64,000 nucleotides of DNA, from NCBI RefSeq assembly GCF_964204645.1, contig NC_134035.1:3410001-3474000 (forward strand), given 5' to 3'. The notes below the pieces were generated by a model. The model was not told the DNA's origin. It ran no database searches and was given only the letters and a program-made list of their open reading frames with translations. Source of the DNA: Tubulanus polymorphus. Lineage: Eukaryota > Animalia > Nemertea. Made by a program: the position numbers and the translations under genes. Positions 62,491 through 64,000 of the stretch are shown here, in pieces; positions within the stretch are counted from its first letter, which is position 1; the number at the start of each line of letters is the position of its first letter.

Positions 62491-63299
62491 GTGTATTTCA
62501 GATACATCACAGATAGTTACAACATATTTAATACGCGCACATATTCACCGTGTTTGTCCCTGTTTTTCTACTTTCTACTTGTATTCATTTCCGCGTTTGT
62601 TTTGATGAATGTGAGTTTTGTTTTTTTGACCGATCTGTTATTTCTTATATTTGAACATTCTTTCAGATTTTAAAACAATGTCCTCGTCATTGATTACAAT
62701 TATTACGAATTTGTAAACGTTTAAAAAAAATTTTGTTTCACACACAGGACTTAGTGGCTCAAAAGTTGGTTAAAGTTAATGAGTGGCTAGTTAGTTGACG
62801 TAGTGACAAATACAGCTGGGAAGCCACATACCTAGAAACCAGGGAAAAGTCAGGGAATTGTAAAATCAAATCATAAGTCAGTGTCTTATGTATTTGACTG
62901 CGTAAATTGATTGGATTCTTAGCGGATCAAGTCAGGGAAAACAGCTTACATGTCAGGGAATAGTCAGGGGGACAAACAAGTCAGATAGAAGTCGCCATCC
63001 TGTTAAAGTCCATTGTTACAACAACTTTACTAAGTGACTGTGATGAAATGCTACGTTTCTGGCTGTACATATTTTCATTTTCAAGTTTTTCATTTTTATC
63101 CGTCTTCTAGATTTCTTTTACACCTTTCTTTCGCAAACATTTGTCTTCTTATTCACGTGTTTCTTTATAGGTTTTCCGCACTTCTCTTTCTTGTATGTGT
63201 GACATGTGCCTGTTTCTTTCTATGCATATAACTCTTTTATGTCCGGTCGGGAATTATATCCTCATCAAGACATAAAATGGAATTTGAATACAATGTATA

Positions 63300-63530
63300 T
63301 ACAGTAAAACCTCTATACATGTATAGCGAATGCCTCTGGGACTTAGCAAAAAGTTTCCACTACTGTATATTGAACATTCTTTATCGGTCAAAGCATTCAC
63401 TGTTCATTATAGAGAGGTGTTTACTATTTAGGGAGGTACTGATCTATGTATTTAAGATTATTTTGAATTTTCGGACCGGACAAATGGTGATCACTATAGA
63501 GAGGTGTTCACTAAAGGAAGTGTTACTGTA
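63300..63530. mobile_element. Tc1/mariner (Tigger-like) MITE
   Basis: TA-CAGTAAAACCTCT ... GTGTTACTG-TA termini; internal repeats of tatagagaggtgtt. Confidence 0.65.
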
Positions 63531-64000
63531 GTAATGATATGTACACTATAGCCAATATGCTCTGCATGCAAAAACTAATAGTCGATTTCCCAAGAGCTCC
63601 CTTAGCCATTTACTTGAGGCATGTGCACTAACATGTGGCGGGATATCATGTAACTGGTGGGATAAGTTCCCAACATTATAAATTTGAGAAGGTTTTCTAT
63701 GTATCTGAATATAGAGTGGGTGCACGCTCCTTTGAGGAATCAAACCTTATGGTGTCGAGATTGCTACGGTTTAAATGCCTGCCGTAGTAAAATCCAGTTC
63801 ATAAAAGGTCCAATTCAAACTTTTATCAGTAATATTTTCCCGCTGGTTTATGGTCGCTCTGACTGGTTTGTATTGGCTCCAACAGGTTTTTGTTGGATCC
63901 AGCTGATGTGTGTTATCTGGAACTGGTTTGCCATAGCTCTGACCGGTTTGTGTTGGCTGTAACCTGTAAATGTTGGCTCCAACTGGTTTGTGTGATGGCT

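Overview
Intron-rich animal genomic DNA, probably from a marine invertebrate. Four conserved multi-exon genes could be rebuilt by hand from splice sites and reading phase: MRPL16 (minus, runs off the window start), a 19-exon CECR2-like bromodomain gene (minus), HTATIP2/TIP30 (minus) and MADD (plus, head-to-head with HTATIP2, runs off the window end). There is also a three-copy cluster of intronless class A GPCRs: one intact, one frameshifted, one relic. Introns carry MITEs, LINE relics and tandem arrays of 53, 56 and 69 bp. The most notable hidden signal is a set of minimal type I hammerhead ribozyme motifs (CUGANGA, stem II, GAAA, palindromic remnant of stem III) from at least four sequence families. 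They occur in two short insertions flanked by target-site duplications with inverted, Penelope-like ends, in a 67-bp tandem array inside a MADD intron, and as one intact-looking sense copy in MADD. All calls come from reading the sequence; no searches were run.
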